Positions 1 through 8,527 of a stretch of DNA of 23,870 bases are shown piece by piece; positions within the stretch are counted from its first letter, which is position 1, and each line of letters begins with the position of its first letter. Position numbers and translations under genes: made by a program. The notes beneath the pieces are model-generated. The model saw only the letters and a list, made by a program, of their open reading frames with translations. It was not told where the DNA came from and made no database searches. The stretch spans positions 1 to 23,870 of the forward strand of contig NZ_OMOH01000013.1 of assembly GCF_900289195.1 (NCBI RefSeq). Reading direction: 5' to 3'. This DNA is from Propionibacterium ruminifibrarum. Lineage in GTDB: Bacteria > Actinomycetota > Actinomycetes > Propionibacteriales > Propionibacteriaceae.

Positions 1-295
1 GTGTGGGGGCCCCTGCAGGGCTCGGCTGCGGGCATCCGACGTCGGCCCGTCAGGGCCGGCAGTCGGCGGGCGGGCAGGGGCCCCCACACCCCGCGGACGC
101 CCAGCGGCGGACGCGGCGGTTGAAGGGAGGGTTCCCACCCCCCGCGGGCGCCCAGCGGAGAGTGTAGTGGCTGCGGGGTCCTGCGAGGGCCCGCGCTCGG
201 CTGCGGGCATCCGACGTCGGCTCGTCAGGGCCGGCAGTCGGCGGGCGGGCAGGGGCCCCCACGCCCCGCGGGCGCCCAGCGGCGCCCAGCGCGGA
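1..295. repeat. GC-rich structured intergenic repeat cluster downstream of narH. It has two 88-bp direct copies (20-107 and 195-282), a third partial copy of the tail (about 129-158), and a 13-nt inverted pair (1-13 and 77-89).
   Basis: Direct reading: 20-107 and 195-282 differ at 3 of 88 positions (period 175 bp). The sub-motif CCCCGCGGRCGCCCAGCGG occurs at 89-107, 140-158 and 264-282. GTGTGGGGGCCCC (1-13) is the exact reverse complement of 77-89. There is an internal palindrome CCGACGTCGG at 36-45 and 211-220. Confidence 0.85.
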
Positions 296-341
296 TGCAA
301 TGGCCGCGGGACCGTTGGAGGCATGGTGCCGGGGGCGGTCA

Positions 342-1859
342 TCACAGCACCTGCAGGGGGATCGACGGGCGGCCGGTGCCGCGGGCCGTCGGGAAGAAGG
401 CGTCGTCGTCGAAGCCGCGGATGGGGCAGCCCTCGAGCTGGGCGATGCCGCGCGGCAGCTCCGCGTGCGTCGTCGGGACGACGAAGCGGTCGTCGTACTT
501 GGCGATCGACAGCAGCCGGTACATGTCCTCCATGTCCTGGCCGGTCATGCCGACCGCGGCGGGGATCGCCTCGTCGCCCTCGGCCCCCATGAAGACGTCC
601 CGCATGTACGAGCGCATCGCGGCCAGGCGGCGCAGCGACCGCTCCACCGGGGCGGTGTCGCCGGCGGTGAACAGGCCGGCGAGGTACTCCAGCGGGATGC
701 GCATCTGCGCGAGCGCCGACAGCAGCACCTTGTGGTTCTCCCCGTCACTGCCCGAGGCGGTCACCGCGTCCACGACGGGCGACAGCGGCGGGATGTACCA
801 GACCATCGGCAGCGTGCGGTACTCCGGGTGCAGCGGCAGCGCCAGTTCGTAGTCGCTGATGAGCTTGTGGATAGGCGACTCCTGGGCGGCGACGAGCCAC
901 GAGTGCGGCACGCCGTTCGCCTTGGCCTGCGAGATCACCTCGGGGTCGTGCGGGTTGAGCAGGATCTCGCGCTGGGCGGCGTACAGCTCGGTCTGGTCCG
1001 GCCGTGAGACCGCCCAGTCGACGCGGTCGGCGTCGTAGAGCACGACACCGAGGTAGCGTAGCCGGCCGACGCAGGTCTCGGAGCAGACCGTGGGCTGGCC
1101 CGCCTCAAGACGCGGGTAGCACAGCGTGCACTTCTCGGCCTTGTGGGTCTCGTGGTTGAAGTAGACCTTCTTGTACGGGCAGCCCGACACGCACATGCGC
1201 CAGCCGCGGCACTTGTCCTGGTCGACGAGCACGATGCCGTCCTCGGCCCGCTTGTACATGGCCCCGGAGGGGCACACCGAGACGCACGTCGGGTTGAGGC
1301 AGTGCTCGCAGATGCGCGGCAGGTAGAACATGAACGAGTCCTCGATGGTCTTCGAGACCTGCAGGTTCATCTGCTGCAGCACCGGGTCGGTGTCGAGCGT
1401 CTCCATCGAGCCGCCGAGGTCGTCGTCCCAGTTCGGGCCCCACTCGATCGTGTCGATCGTCCGGCCGGTGATCTGGGAGCGGGCTCGGGCCGTGGGGATG
1501 TTCTTCTGGCCCGCGGGGGCGCTCAGCAGCCTGTCGTAGTCGTAGGTCCACGGCTCGTAGTAGTCGGCCATCCCGGGCAGGTACGGGTTGGCGAAGATCT
1601 TCGACAGCGTCGACAGGTGCCTGCCGAGGCGGGGCACGACCCGGCCCGAGGCGGTGCGCCGCCAGCCGCCGTGCCAGTTCTCCTGGTCCTCCCAGCCGCG
1701 CGGGTAGCCGACGCCGGGGCGGGTCTCCACGTTGTTGAACCACATGTACTCGGTGCCCTCGCGGTTCGTCCACGCCTGCTTGCAGGTGACCGAGCAGGTG
1801 TGGCAGCCGATGCACTTGTCCAGGTTCATCACCATGGCGATCTGGGCCATGACCTTCAT
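342..1859 (-). CDS. narH: Respiratory nitrate reductase beta subunit (NarH, Fe-S subunit), 505 aa.
   Basis: The real protein starts at the internal Met MKVMAQIAMVMNLDKCIGCHTCSVTCK of track ORF 342-2543(-). It has ferredoxin-type Cys clusters (CIGCHTCSVTCK, CEHCLNPTCVSVCPSG, CRGWRMCVSGCPYKK, CTLCYPR...CSETCVGR). Its ATG (1859-1857) overlaps the narG stop as TGATG, suggesting translational coupling. Confidence 0.95.
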   Translation of the reverse strand: MKVMAQIAMVMNLDKCIGCHTCSVTCKQAWTNREGTEYMWFNNVETRPGVGYPRGWEDQENWHGGWRRTASGRVVPRLGRHLSTLSKIFANPYLPGMADYYEPWTYDYDRLLSAPAGQKNIPTARARSQITGRTIDTIEWGPNWDDDLGGSMETLDTDPVLQQMNLQVSKTIEDSFMFYLPRICEHCLNPTCVSVCPSGAMYKRAEDGIVLVDQDKCRGWRMCVSGCPYKKVYFNHETHKAEKCTLCYPRLEAGQPTVCSETCVGRLRYLGVVLYDADRVDWAVSRPDQTELYAAQREILLNPHDPEVISQAKANGVPHSWLVAAQESPIHKLISDYELALPLHPEYRTLPMVWYIPPLSPVVDAVTASGSDGENHKVLLSALAQMRIPLEYLAGLFTAGDTAPVERSLRRLAAMRSYMRDVFMGAEGDEAIPAAVGMTGQDMEDMYRLLSIAKYDDRFVVPTTHAELPRGIAQLEGCPIRGFDDDAFFPTARGTGRPSIPLQVL

Positions 1860-4800
1860 CAGAACTGCACCTCCTGGCTGCGGCGGCGGATCAGCGTGAC
1901 CTCGTCGCGCTGGTTGCCGGTGGGGCCGTAGTAGTTGAACGCATAGGAGAACTGCGCGTACCCGCCGATGAGGTGGGTCGGTTTGATGAGGATGCGGGTC
2001 AGCGAGTTGTGGATGCCTCCCCGGCGGCCGCTGCGCTCGGTGAGCGGGGTGTTCGCCACTCGCTCCTGCGCGTGGTGCATGAACACGGTGCCCTCGGGCA
2101 CGCGGTGGCTCACGATCGCGCGGGCCGCCACGATGCCGTTGCGGTTGTACGCCTCGACCCACTCGTTGTCGCGCACCCCGATCTTGTCGGCGTCGGTCGG
2201 GCTCATCCAGATCGTCTGGCCGCCGCGGCCGAGCGTGAGCATGTGCGGGTTGTCGTAGTACTGCGAGTGGATGGCCCACTTGTTGTGGATCGTCAGGTAG
2301 CGCACCGCGACCTCGGCCGTGCCCTCGGCCGAGACGCCCTGGTAGCCGACCGGGCGTTCGCCGTACAGGTGCTGCAGGTTCACCGGCGGGCGGAAGACGG
2401 GCAGGGACTCGCCCATGTCGCGCATCCAGTCGTGGTCGACGTAGAACTGTGGGCGGCCCGTCAGCGTGTGCCACGGCTTGTGACGCTCCATGTTCTGCAC
2501 GAACGCCGAGTAGCGGCGCCCGCCGTGCTCCGAGCCCGACCACTCCGGCGAGGTGATCACCGAGCGCGGCTGGATGACGACGTCGGCGAAGGTGATGCGT
2601 CTCTCCTCGTCGCCGGCCGACAGGTCGGCCAGTTCCGTGCCGGTGCGCTGCTCCAGCGTGCGGAAGCCCTCGGTGGCCAGGCGCCCGTTCGTCGTGCCCG
2701 ACAGCGCCAGGACGGCGTTGATCGCCTTCTCGTCGGTGTCCAGCAGCGGCCGGCCCAGCCCGGCGCCGCCGCGCGCCCGGCCGTTGAGGTCGCCGAGCTC
2801 GGCGACCTCGCGGTCGGGGTGGTAGGCGATGCCCTTGGTGACCATGCCGGCGCCCTCGGTGAGCGGGCCGAGGGTGTCGAACTTCTCACCGATCCTCGTG
2901 TAGTCGCGTTCGACGCCGACGATCTTCGGCATCGTCACCCCCGGGATCCAGCCCTCGCGGTCGCCCACGATCCCGCCGGGCGTGGTCAGCTCGTCGGGGC
3001 TGTCGTGGCCGAGCGGGGCGGCGACGGCGTCCACGTGCGTGCCCAGGTGCCCGGCCGCCAGCCGCGAGACGAGGTGGGCCAGGGTGCGGTAGAGCTCGAA
3101 GTCGGTGCGGGCCTCCCACGGCGGGTCGATGGCCGGGGTGAACGGGTGCACGAAGGGGTGCATGTCGGTGCTCGACAGGTCGTTCTTCTCGTACCAGGTG
3201 GCGGCCGGCAGCACGACGTCCGAGTGCAGCGTGGTGCTGGTGTTGCGGAAGTCGGCCGTCCACATCAGGTCGAGCTTGCCGGCCGGCGCCTCGTCGCGCC
3301 AGGTCATGGTGGCCGGGCGCCGCTCGGGCGGCAGCTCGTCGGCGTTGACGTCGTTGCTCGCGCCGAGCATGTGGCGCAGGAAGAACTCGGTGCCCTTCGC
3401 CGAGGAGCCGAGCAGGTTCGTGCGCCAGTTCGCCAGGATGCGGGGCATGTTCTCCTCGGCGTCCGGGTCCTCGGCGGCGAAGTGCAGCCGGCCCGCGGTC
3501 AGCTCCTGCGCGACGTACTCGCCAGGCGTCATGCCGGCCTGCGCGGCCGCGTCGCCGAGGGCGAGCGGGGAGCGGTCGAAGGTCGGGTAGCTCGGCATCC
3601 AGCCGCGCTGGGCCGACTCCACGAGGCAGTCCGCGGTCGTGCGGCCCGCCAGGGTGCGGGCGCCCAGCGGGCTGGCCATCCGCTCGGCCCGGGCCCCGTC
3701 GTAGCGCCACTGGTCGGTGGTCAGGTAGTACCAGCCGGTCGAGATCATCTGGCGGGCCGGGCGCTGCCAGTCGAGGGCGAAGGTGTAGTTCGCCCAGCCG
3801 GTGATCGGACGCACCTTCTCCTGGCCGACGTAGTGGGCCCAGCCGCCGCCGTTGACGCCCTGGGTGGCGCACATCGTGGTGAGCGCCAGGAAGGTGCGGT
3901 AGATCGTGTCGGAGTGGAAGTAGTGGTTGGTGCCGGCGCCCATGAGGATCATCGAGCGGCCGCCCGACTCGATCGCGTTGAGCGCGAACTCGCGGCCGAT
4001 CTTGACAGCCGCGCCCGCCTCGACGCCGGTCAGCTCGGCCTGCCAGGCCGGGGTGCCGCAGGTGGAGGCGTCGTCGTAGCCGGCGGGCCACTCGCCCGGC
4101 AGCTGCTCGCGGCCCACCGCGTAGTGGGCCAGCAGGATGTCGTAGACGGTGGTGACGAGCCGCCCGTTGACGCGGCGGGCCGGTACGCCGCGGCGCACCA
4201 CGCCGGCGCCGATGCTGTCCTGGCCGTCCTGGGCGGGCAGGTCGAAGCGGGGCAGCAGGATCTGAGCCGGCTCCCAGTCGTCGGTGTCCATGAGCGACAT
4301 GACCGGGTCGACGCCGTCCAGGGTGAGGTTCCAGTGGCCGGCGCCCTGGGGACCGAAGTGGTCGGCCAGCGTGCCGCCGGGGTCCTTGACGGTGCCGTCG
4401 GCGTCGAGGACGAGCGGGCGGAACGCGGGGTTGTCGGTGCGCTCGCAGGTGCCGGCCGGCATCTTGTCGGCGGTGAGGAACTTGCCGGGGACGAACGCCT
4501 GCGCGCCTGCGAGGCCGTCGGCGCCCGCGCGGGCCGTCTCGTCGGCCTCGTCCAGTTCGACGAGGAAGGGGGCGTCGGAGAAGCGCTTCATGTAGTCCAG
4601 GAACATGGGCTCGCGGCGTCCCACGTGGAACTCGTTGAGGATGACGTGGCCCATCGCGAGGGCCAGGGCGCCGTCGGTGCCGGGGGCGACGCGCAGCCAG
4701 TCGTCGGCGAACTTCGTGTTGTCGGCGAAATCGGGGCTCACGACGACGACCTTCTGGCCGTGGTAGCGGGCCTCGACCATGAAGTGCGCGTCGGGCGTGC

Positions 4801-5695
4801 GGGTCAGTGGCACGTTCGAGCCCCACATGATGAGGTACTGGCTGTTGAACCAGTCGCCGGACTCGGGCACGTCGGTCTGGTCGCCGAAGACCTGCGGGCT
4901 CGCCGGGGGCAGGTCGGCGTACCAGTCGTAGAAGCTGAGCATCGTCGCGCCGAGGAGCTCGTGGAAGCGGGCCCCCGCGCCGTAGGAGAGCATGCTCATG
5001 GCCGGGATGACGGAGAAGCCGGCGATCCGGTCGGGCCCGTGGGTCTTGATCGTGTGCACATAGGCGGCGGCCACGATCTCGGTGGCCTCGGACCAGCTCA
5101 CCCGCACCATGCCGCCGGTGCCGCGGGCGCTCTTGTAGGCCCTCGCCCTGACCGGGTCGCCGACGACGTCGGCCCACGCGTCCACGGGGTCGCCCAGCCG
5201 CTGCTTGGCCTCGCGGTAGGCGTCCAGCAGGACGCTGCGCACGTACGGGTACTTGATGCGGGTGGGCGAGTACTCGTACCAGCTGAACGAGGCGCCGCGC
5301 GGGCAGCCGCGGGGCTCGTACTCGGGCATGTTCGCCCCGGTGCTCGGGTAGTCGGTGAACTGGGACTCCCAGGTGATGATCCCGTCCTTGACGTAGACCT
5401 GCCACGAGCACGAGCCGGTGCAGTTCACGCCGTGCGTGGAGCGGGCGATCTTGTCGTAGCTCCAGCGCCGGCGGTAGAAGGCGTCGGCCTCGCGGCCGCC
5501 CTCGAGGAAGATCTGGCGGCCCGAGGCGTCCGTCGTGCCGCGGCGCAGCCACGACCCCATGCGCAGGAGCGGCGAGGCCTTGGCCGGGCCGGCGGTGGCC
5601 CGCGGGGCCTTGGCGGAGCGTCCGGCCTGCGGGGGCTCGGTGCCGTCCGGGCGGGCCCGCCCGCCGGCGGGGCTGTCGCTGATGTCGGTGCTCAT
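1859..5695 (-). CDS. narG: Respiratory nitrate reductase alpha subunit (NarG, bis-MGD molybdoenzyme), 1278 aa.
   Basis: The length and N-terminal motif GGREADAFYRRRWSYDKIARSTHGVNCTGSCSWQVYVKDGIITWESQ are typical of NarG (FS0 cluster ligands). An AAGGAG Shine-Dalgarno lies about 8 nt upstream of the ATG at 5695. Confidence 0.97.
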   Translation of the reverse strand: MSTDISDSPAGGRARPDGTEPPQAGRSAKAPRATAGPAKASPLLRMGSWLRRGTTDASGRQIFLEGGREADAFYRRRWSYDKIARSTHGVNCTGSCSWQVYVKDGIITWESQFTDYPSTGANMPEYEPRGCPRGASFSWYEYSPTRIKYPYVRSVLLDAYREAKQRLGDPVDAWADVVGDPVRARAYKSARGTGGMVRVSWSEATEIVAAAYVHTIKTHGPDRIAGFSVIPAMSMLSYGAGARFHELLGATMLSFYDWYADLPPASPQVFGDQTDVPESGDWFNSQYLIMWGSNVPLTRTPDAHFMVEARYHGQKVVVVSPDFADNTKFADDWLRVAPGTDGALALAMGHVILNEFHVGRREPMFLDYMKRFSDAPFLVELDEADETARAGADGLAGAQAFVPGKFLTADKMPAGTCERTDNPAFRPLVLDADGTVKDPGGTLADHFGPQGAGHWNLTLDGVDPVMSLMDTDDWEPAQILLPRFDLPAQDGQDSIGAGVVRRGVPARRVNGRLVTTVYDILLAHYAVGREQLPGEWPAGYDDASTCGTPAWQAELTGVEAGAAVKIGREFALNAIESGGRSMILMGAGTNHYFHSDTIYRTFLALTTMCATQGVNGGGWAHYVGQEKVRPITGWANYTFALDWQRPARQMISTGWYYLTTDQWRYDGARAERMASPLGARTLAGRTTADCLVESAQRGWMPSYPTFDRSPLALGDAAAQAGMTPGEYVAQELTAGRLHFAAEDPDAEENMPRILANWRTNLLGSSAKGTEFFLRHMLGASNDVNADELPPERRPATMTWRDEAPAGKLDLMWTADFRNTSTTLHSDVVLPAATWYEKNDLSSTDMHPFVHPFTPAIDPPWEARTDFELYRTLAHLVSRLAAGHLGTHVDAVAAPLGHDSPDELTTPGGIVGDREGWIPGVTMPKIVGVERDYTRIGEKFDTLGPLTEGAGMVTKGIAYHPDREVAELGDLNGRARGGAGLGRPLLDTDEKAINAVLALSGTTNGRLATEGFRTLEQRTGTELADLSAGDEERRITFADVVIQPRSVITSPEWSGSEHGGRRYSAFVQNMERHKPWHTLTGRPQFYVDHDWMRDMGESLPVFRPPVNLQHLYGERPVGYQGVSAEGTAEVAVRYLTIHNKWAIHSQYYDNPHMLTLGRGGQTIWMSPTDADKIGVRDNEWVEAYNRNGIVAARAIVSHRVPEGTVFMHHAQERVANTPLTERSGRRGGIHNSLTRILIKPTHLIGGYAQFSYAFNYYGPTGNQRDEVTLIRRRSQEVQF

Positions 5696-5738
5696 GGCGA
5701 GACTCCTTGAGGGATCGAGCTCTGACGGGTCCGGCCGG

Positions 5739-7073
5739 TCAGCCGGGGAAGGGTGCTGCGGGGCGGGCGTACTGGAACCAGCAGATGACGGCGCAGACGG
5801 CGGCGTAGACCGCGCAGATCCAGAACCAGGTGCTGGCCGACATGCTCGACAGGGCCACGCCGACGAAGAACGGGCCGAACGAGGCGATGGCGGCGGTGAA
5901 TCCGATGGCCCCGCCGGCCTGGCGCTGGGGCATGATCATCGGCATCTGCTTGAAGGTGCCTGCGTTGCCGATGCCGCTGAAGAAGAAGAACACGAGCATC
6001 GCCCACAGGAAGCCGGGGAACTGGCCCGGGTCGCTCGGGTTGAGGAACAGGGCCGCCCAGACCAGTGTGCCGGCGACGCCGACACCCGAGACGAAGGTCC
6101 ACAGGGCGCCGCCGAAGCGGTCGCACAGCGGCCCCCAGGCGACCCGCACGATCGAGGCGATGAGCGGGCCGAGGAAGGCGTAGGTGGCGCCGCTGGGCAG
6201 GTCGGCCATGCCGGCGAACCGGCTCGTCGCGCCGTAGGTGTTGTTGATGAGCAGGCCGAACTGGGCGCTGAAGCCGCTGAACAGGCCGAAGGTCATGACG
6301 TACATGAGCGTCATGAGCCACGTGTTCGGGTTGCCGAAGATGTCGATCTGCTGGCGGAAGTTGGCCTTGACCGGCACGTCCTTGAGGAAGACGAACGCCA
6401 GGACGGCGGCGACGATTGCCCACGGCACGAAGAAGATCGCGGCGTTGTGCACCCACAGGTCGCCGCTGCTGGTGTGCTGCGGGGCGATCCAGGTGATGCC
6501 GAACAGGCCGAAGGTCATGAGGACCGGGCCGACGATCTGGATGACCGACATGCCGAGGTTGCCGATGCCGGCCTGAAGGTTGAGCGCCGTGCCGGACAGA
6601 CGCTTCGGGAAGAAGTATCCGGTGCTGGGCATGTAGCCCGAGAAGGTGCCGCCGCCGATGCCGCAGGCGATGGCCAGGGCGATGAGGACGCCGTAGGCGG
6701 TGTTGGGGTTCTGCACTGCGAAGAACCAGCCGACCATCGGGATGACGTACAGCAGGGAACTCCAGCCGACCAGCCTGCGGGTGCCGACCACCGGGGGCAG
6801 GAACATGTAGACGAGGCGGATGATGCCGCCGGACAGGCCGGGCATGGCGGTGAGCCAGTACAGCTGGCTCGTCGTGAGGTCGAAGCCGATCGCGCCCAGC
6901 CGGGGGGCGATGGCGCTCACGAGGAACCAGACGCAGAAGGCCAGGACCATCGAGTAGGTCGAGATCGCCAGGGTGCGCCAGGCGAGTCTGGAGTCCCAGC
7001 GGGATTCGTCCTCGGGGTCCCAGTCGGTCATGACGTGCTTGGACGCCGATGGGCTCTTCGCAGCGGCGGGCAT
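5739..7073 (-). CDS. narK: MFS nitrate/nitrite transporter (NarK/NarK2 type), 444 aa.
   Basis: A 12-TM-like hydrophobic protein with NarK-like segments (GGIIRLVYMFL, GIGGGTFSGYMPSTGYFFPKR, GIGNAGTFKQMP). It sits directly upstream of narG in the same orientation, with a 43-nt gap. GAGAGGAAG lies upstream of the ATG. Confidence 0.9.
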   Translation of the reverse strand: MPAAAKSPSASKHVMTDWDPEDESRWDSRLAWRTLAISTYSMVLAFCVWFLVSAIAPRLGAIGFDLTTSQLYWLTAMPGLSGGIIRLVYMFLPPVVGTRRLVGWSSLLYVIPMVGWFFAVQNPNTAYGVLIALAIACGIGGGTFSGYMPSTGYFFPKRLSGTALNLQAGIGNLGMSVIQIVGPVLMTFGLFGITWIAPQHTSSGDLWVHNAAIFFVPWAIVAAVLAFVFLKDVPVKANFRQQIDIFGNPNTWLMTLMYVMTFGLFSGFSAQFGLLINNTYGATSRFAGMADLPSGATYAFLGPLIASIVRVAWGPLCDRFGGALWTFVSGVGVAGTLVWAALFLNPSDPGQFPGFLWAMLVFFFFSGIGNAGTFKQMPMIMPQRQAGGAIGFTAAIASFGPFFVGVALSSMSASTWFWICAVYAAVCAVICWFQYARPAAPFPG

Positions 7074-7153
7074 GGTCTTCCTCTCACTCGCCAGGCTCCC
7101 TGCGCGCCGGGCCGGCTGTCGCGGTGCCGGACCGCCGGCGCGCGGGAGATTAA

Positions 7154-7196
7154 ACCCGGGTTCACCACAAAAAATAGTGGGTCGGTGGTCCCGGGT
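7154..7196 (-). promoter_or_regulatory. Candidate narK-narGH promoter/operator: a nested inverted repeat around an A6 tract.
   Basis: ACCCGGG(7154-7160)/CCCGGGT(7190-7196) and ACCAC(7164-7168)/GTGGT(7185-7189) flank AAAAAATA. On the minus strand the centre reads TATTTT (7176-7171), a TANNNT -10-like hexamer about 90 nt upstream of the narK ATG. Function is inferred only. Confidence 0.3.
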
Positions 7197-7398
7197 GCCA
7201 CTCGGGGTGGCGGAGCGCAGTGGCCCTCGCCTCGTGCTCGGCGGGCTGCGTCGGCCCGCAGCGGTGGTGCCGGGGCCGCCCGCCGCCCGCCAGAAGGCCG
7301 GCCCGGCGTCGGTGAGGCGATCCTTCGGGCCGGCGCGGACGGTACCGGCTGTCTGGCGGCAGGTCCTCGTAGCTCATGGCGGGGTGGCCAGGGGATAT

Positions 7399-8433
7399 TC
7401 AGCCGCCGATGCGGCTCATCGTGCGGCTGGGGGTGGCGAACTCGGCGCTGTCGAGGCCGTGGGCGGCCGGCTTGGCCCACATCGCGTCCTGCCACGCCCG
7501 GGCGAGCGCGGCGTCGTCGGCGCCGGCCCGCAGCGGCCCGCGCAGGTCTGTTTCGCCCGTCGAGAAAAGGCAGCTGCGCAGCTGCCCGTCCGCGGTCAGC
7601 CGGGTGCGGTCGCAGGCCTCGCAGAAGGGGGCGCTCACCGAGGCGATGATGCCGACCGTGCGGGCGGGGTCGCCGTTCACATGCCACAGGCGTGCGGGGG
7701 CGTGCGGGTCGTCCACCGGCGCCGGGCTCAGGCGGTGCGTCCTGCCGAGCAGGGCGAGGATGTCGTCCGCGGTGATGAGCCGACCGCGCCGCCAGGCCTC
7801 GAGGGGGCCGATCGGCATCTGCTCGATGAAGCGCAGCTGGACGCCCGCATCGAGGCAGAAGTCGAGCAGCGCCGGGGCGTCGGTGTCGTTGACCCCGCGC
7901 AGGAGCACCGCGTTGACCTTCACCGGTGTCAGCCCGGCGCGCTGGGCGGCGGCGATCCCGGCGAGCACGTCGGGCAGGCGGTCGCGGTGGGTGATCCGCG
8001 CGTAGTGCTCGGCGTCGGGCGTGTCGAGCGAGACGTTGACGCGAGTCAGGCCGGCGTCGGCCAGGGCCTGCGCCCGGCGGGCGAGGCCGAGGCCGTTCGT
8101 GGTGAGCGCCAGCTCGGGGGTCACGCCCTGGTCGGTGCGCAACGAGGCGGCCTCGGCGACGATCGACTCCAGGCCGCGGCGCAGCAGCGGTTCGCCGCCG
8201 GTGAACCTGATCGTCCGGATGCCCAGCCGTTCGACGCCGATACGGCACAGGCGGGATACCTCGGCGTCGGTGAGGGTTTGCTCGGTGGGCAGCCAGTCGA
8301 GGCCCTCCGGCGGCATGCAGTAGCTGCAGCGCAGGGTGCAGCGGTCGGTCAGCGAGACGCGCAGGTCGCGGGCGACCCGGCCGAACCGGTCGACGAGGGC
8401 GCCTGGGATGGCGCCGTGCTGCTGCGCGTCCAT
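7399..8433 (-). CDS. moaA: GTP 3',8-cyclase MoaA (radical SAM, molybdenum cofactor biosynthesis step 1), 344 aa.
   Basis: The internal Met MDAQQHGAIPGALVDRFGRVARDLRVSLTDRCTLRCSYCMP carries the CxxxCxxC radical-SAM motif. A second cluster is at SAPFCEACDRTRLTADGQLRSCLF, and the C-terminus ends in GG. The upstream 150 codons of track ORF 7399-8883 are low-complexity and overlap mobA on the other strand. Confidence 0.93.
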   Translation of the reverse strand: MDAQQHGAIPGALVDRFGRVARDLRVSLTDRCTLRCSYCMPPEGLDWLPTEQTLTDAEVSRLCRIGVERLGIRTIRFTGGEPLLRRGLESIVAEAASLRTDQGVTPELALTTNGLGLARRAQALADAGLTRVNVSLDTPDAEHYARITHRDRLPDVLAGIAAAQRAGLTPVKVNAVLLRGVNDTDAPALLDFCLDAGVQLRFIEQMPIGPLEAWRRGRLITADDILALLGRTHRLSPAPVDDPHAPARLWHVNGDPARTVGIIASVSAPFCEACDRTRLTADGQLRSCLFSTGETDLRGPLRAGADDAALARAWQDAMWAKPAAHGLDSAEFATPSRTMSRIGG

Positions 8434-8440
8434 GCCTGCG

Positions 8441-8446
8441 ACTCTA
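8441..8446 (-). promoter_or_regulatory. Candidate -10 hexamer (TAGAGT) giving a leaderless moaA transcript.
   Basis: The minus strand reads CCATTAGAGTCGCAGGC-ATG. TAGAGT fits TANNNT and ends 7 nt before the A of the moaA ATG, and there is no Shine-Dalgarno. The same TTAGAGT heptamer recurs at 10742-10748 upstream of mog. Confidence 0.3.
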
Positions 8447-8527
8447 ATGGCCCCGCCGCGGCCGCCGGATCGCCGCGAGCGCGCGTTCGCCGTGGGCGGT
8501 GACACCGGCAGGGGGCATGATCGGGTC

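Noticed and set aside
50-262. 70-aa minus-strand ORF downstream of narH, as a possible narJ.
   Set aside because: The sequence is repeat-encoded and Pro/Ala/Arg/Gly-rich, with no resemblance to NarJ chaperones.
1860-2543. N-terminal 228 codons of track ORF 342-2543, as an extended NarH.
   Set aside because: This part lies inside narG in another frame. NarH homology begins at MKVMAQIAMV, whose ATG is coupled to the narG stop.
1973-5710. 1245-aa plus-strand ORF (with 2886-5552 minus and other long ORFs) overlapping narG.
   Set aside because: It is antisense or out of frame to a gene with unmistakable NarG motifs. The translation is low-complexity and Arg/Ala/Gly/Pro/Val-rich, which is typical of stop-codon-poor alternative frames in high-GC DNA.
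5535-8502. Long plus-strand ORFs 5535-7649 and 6973-8502, and minus-strand ORF 7028-8248.
   Set aside because: They overlap narK and moaA in wrong frames or strands, and their products are low-complexity Arg/Gly/Pro/Ala strings.
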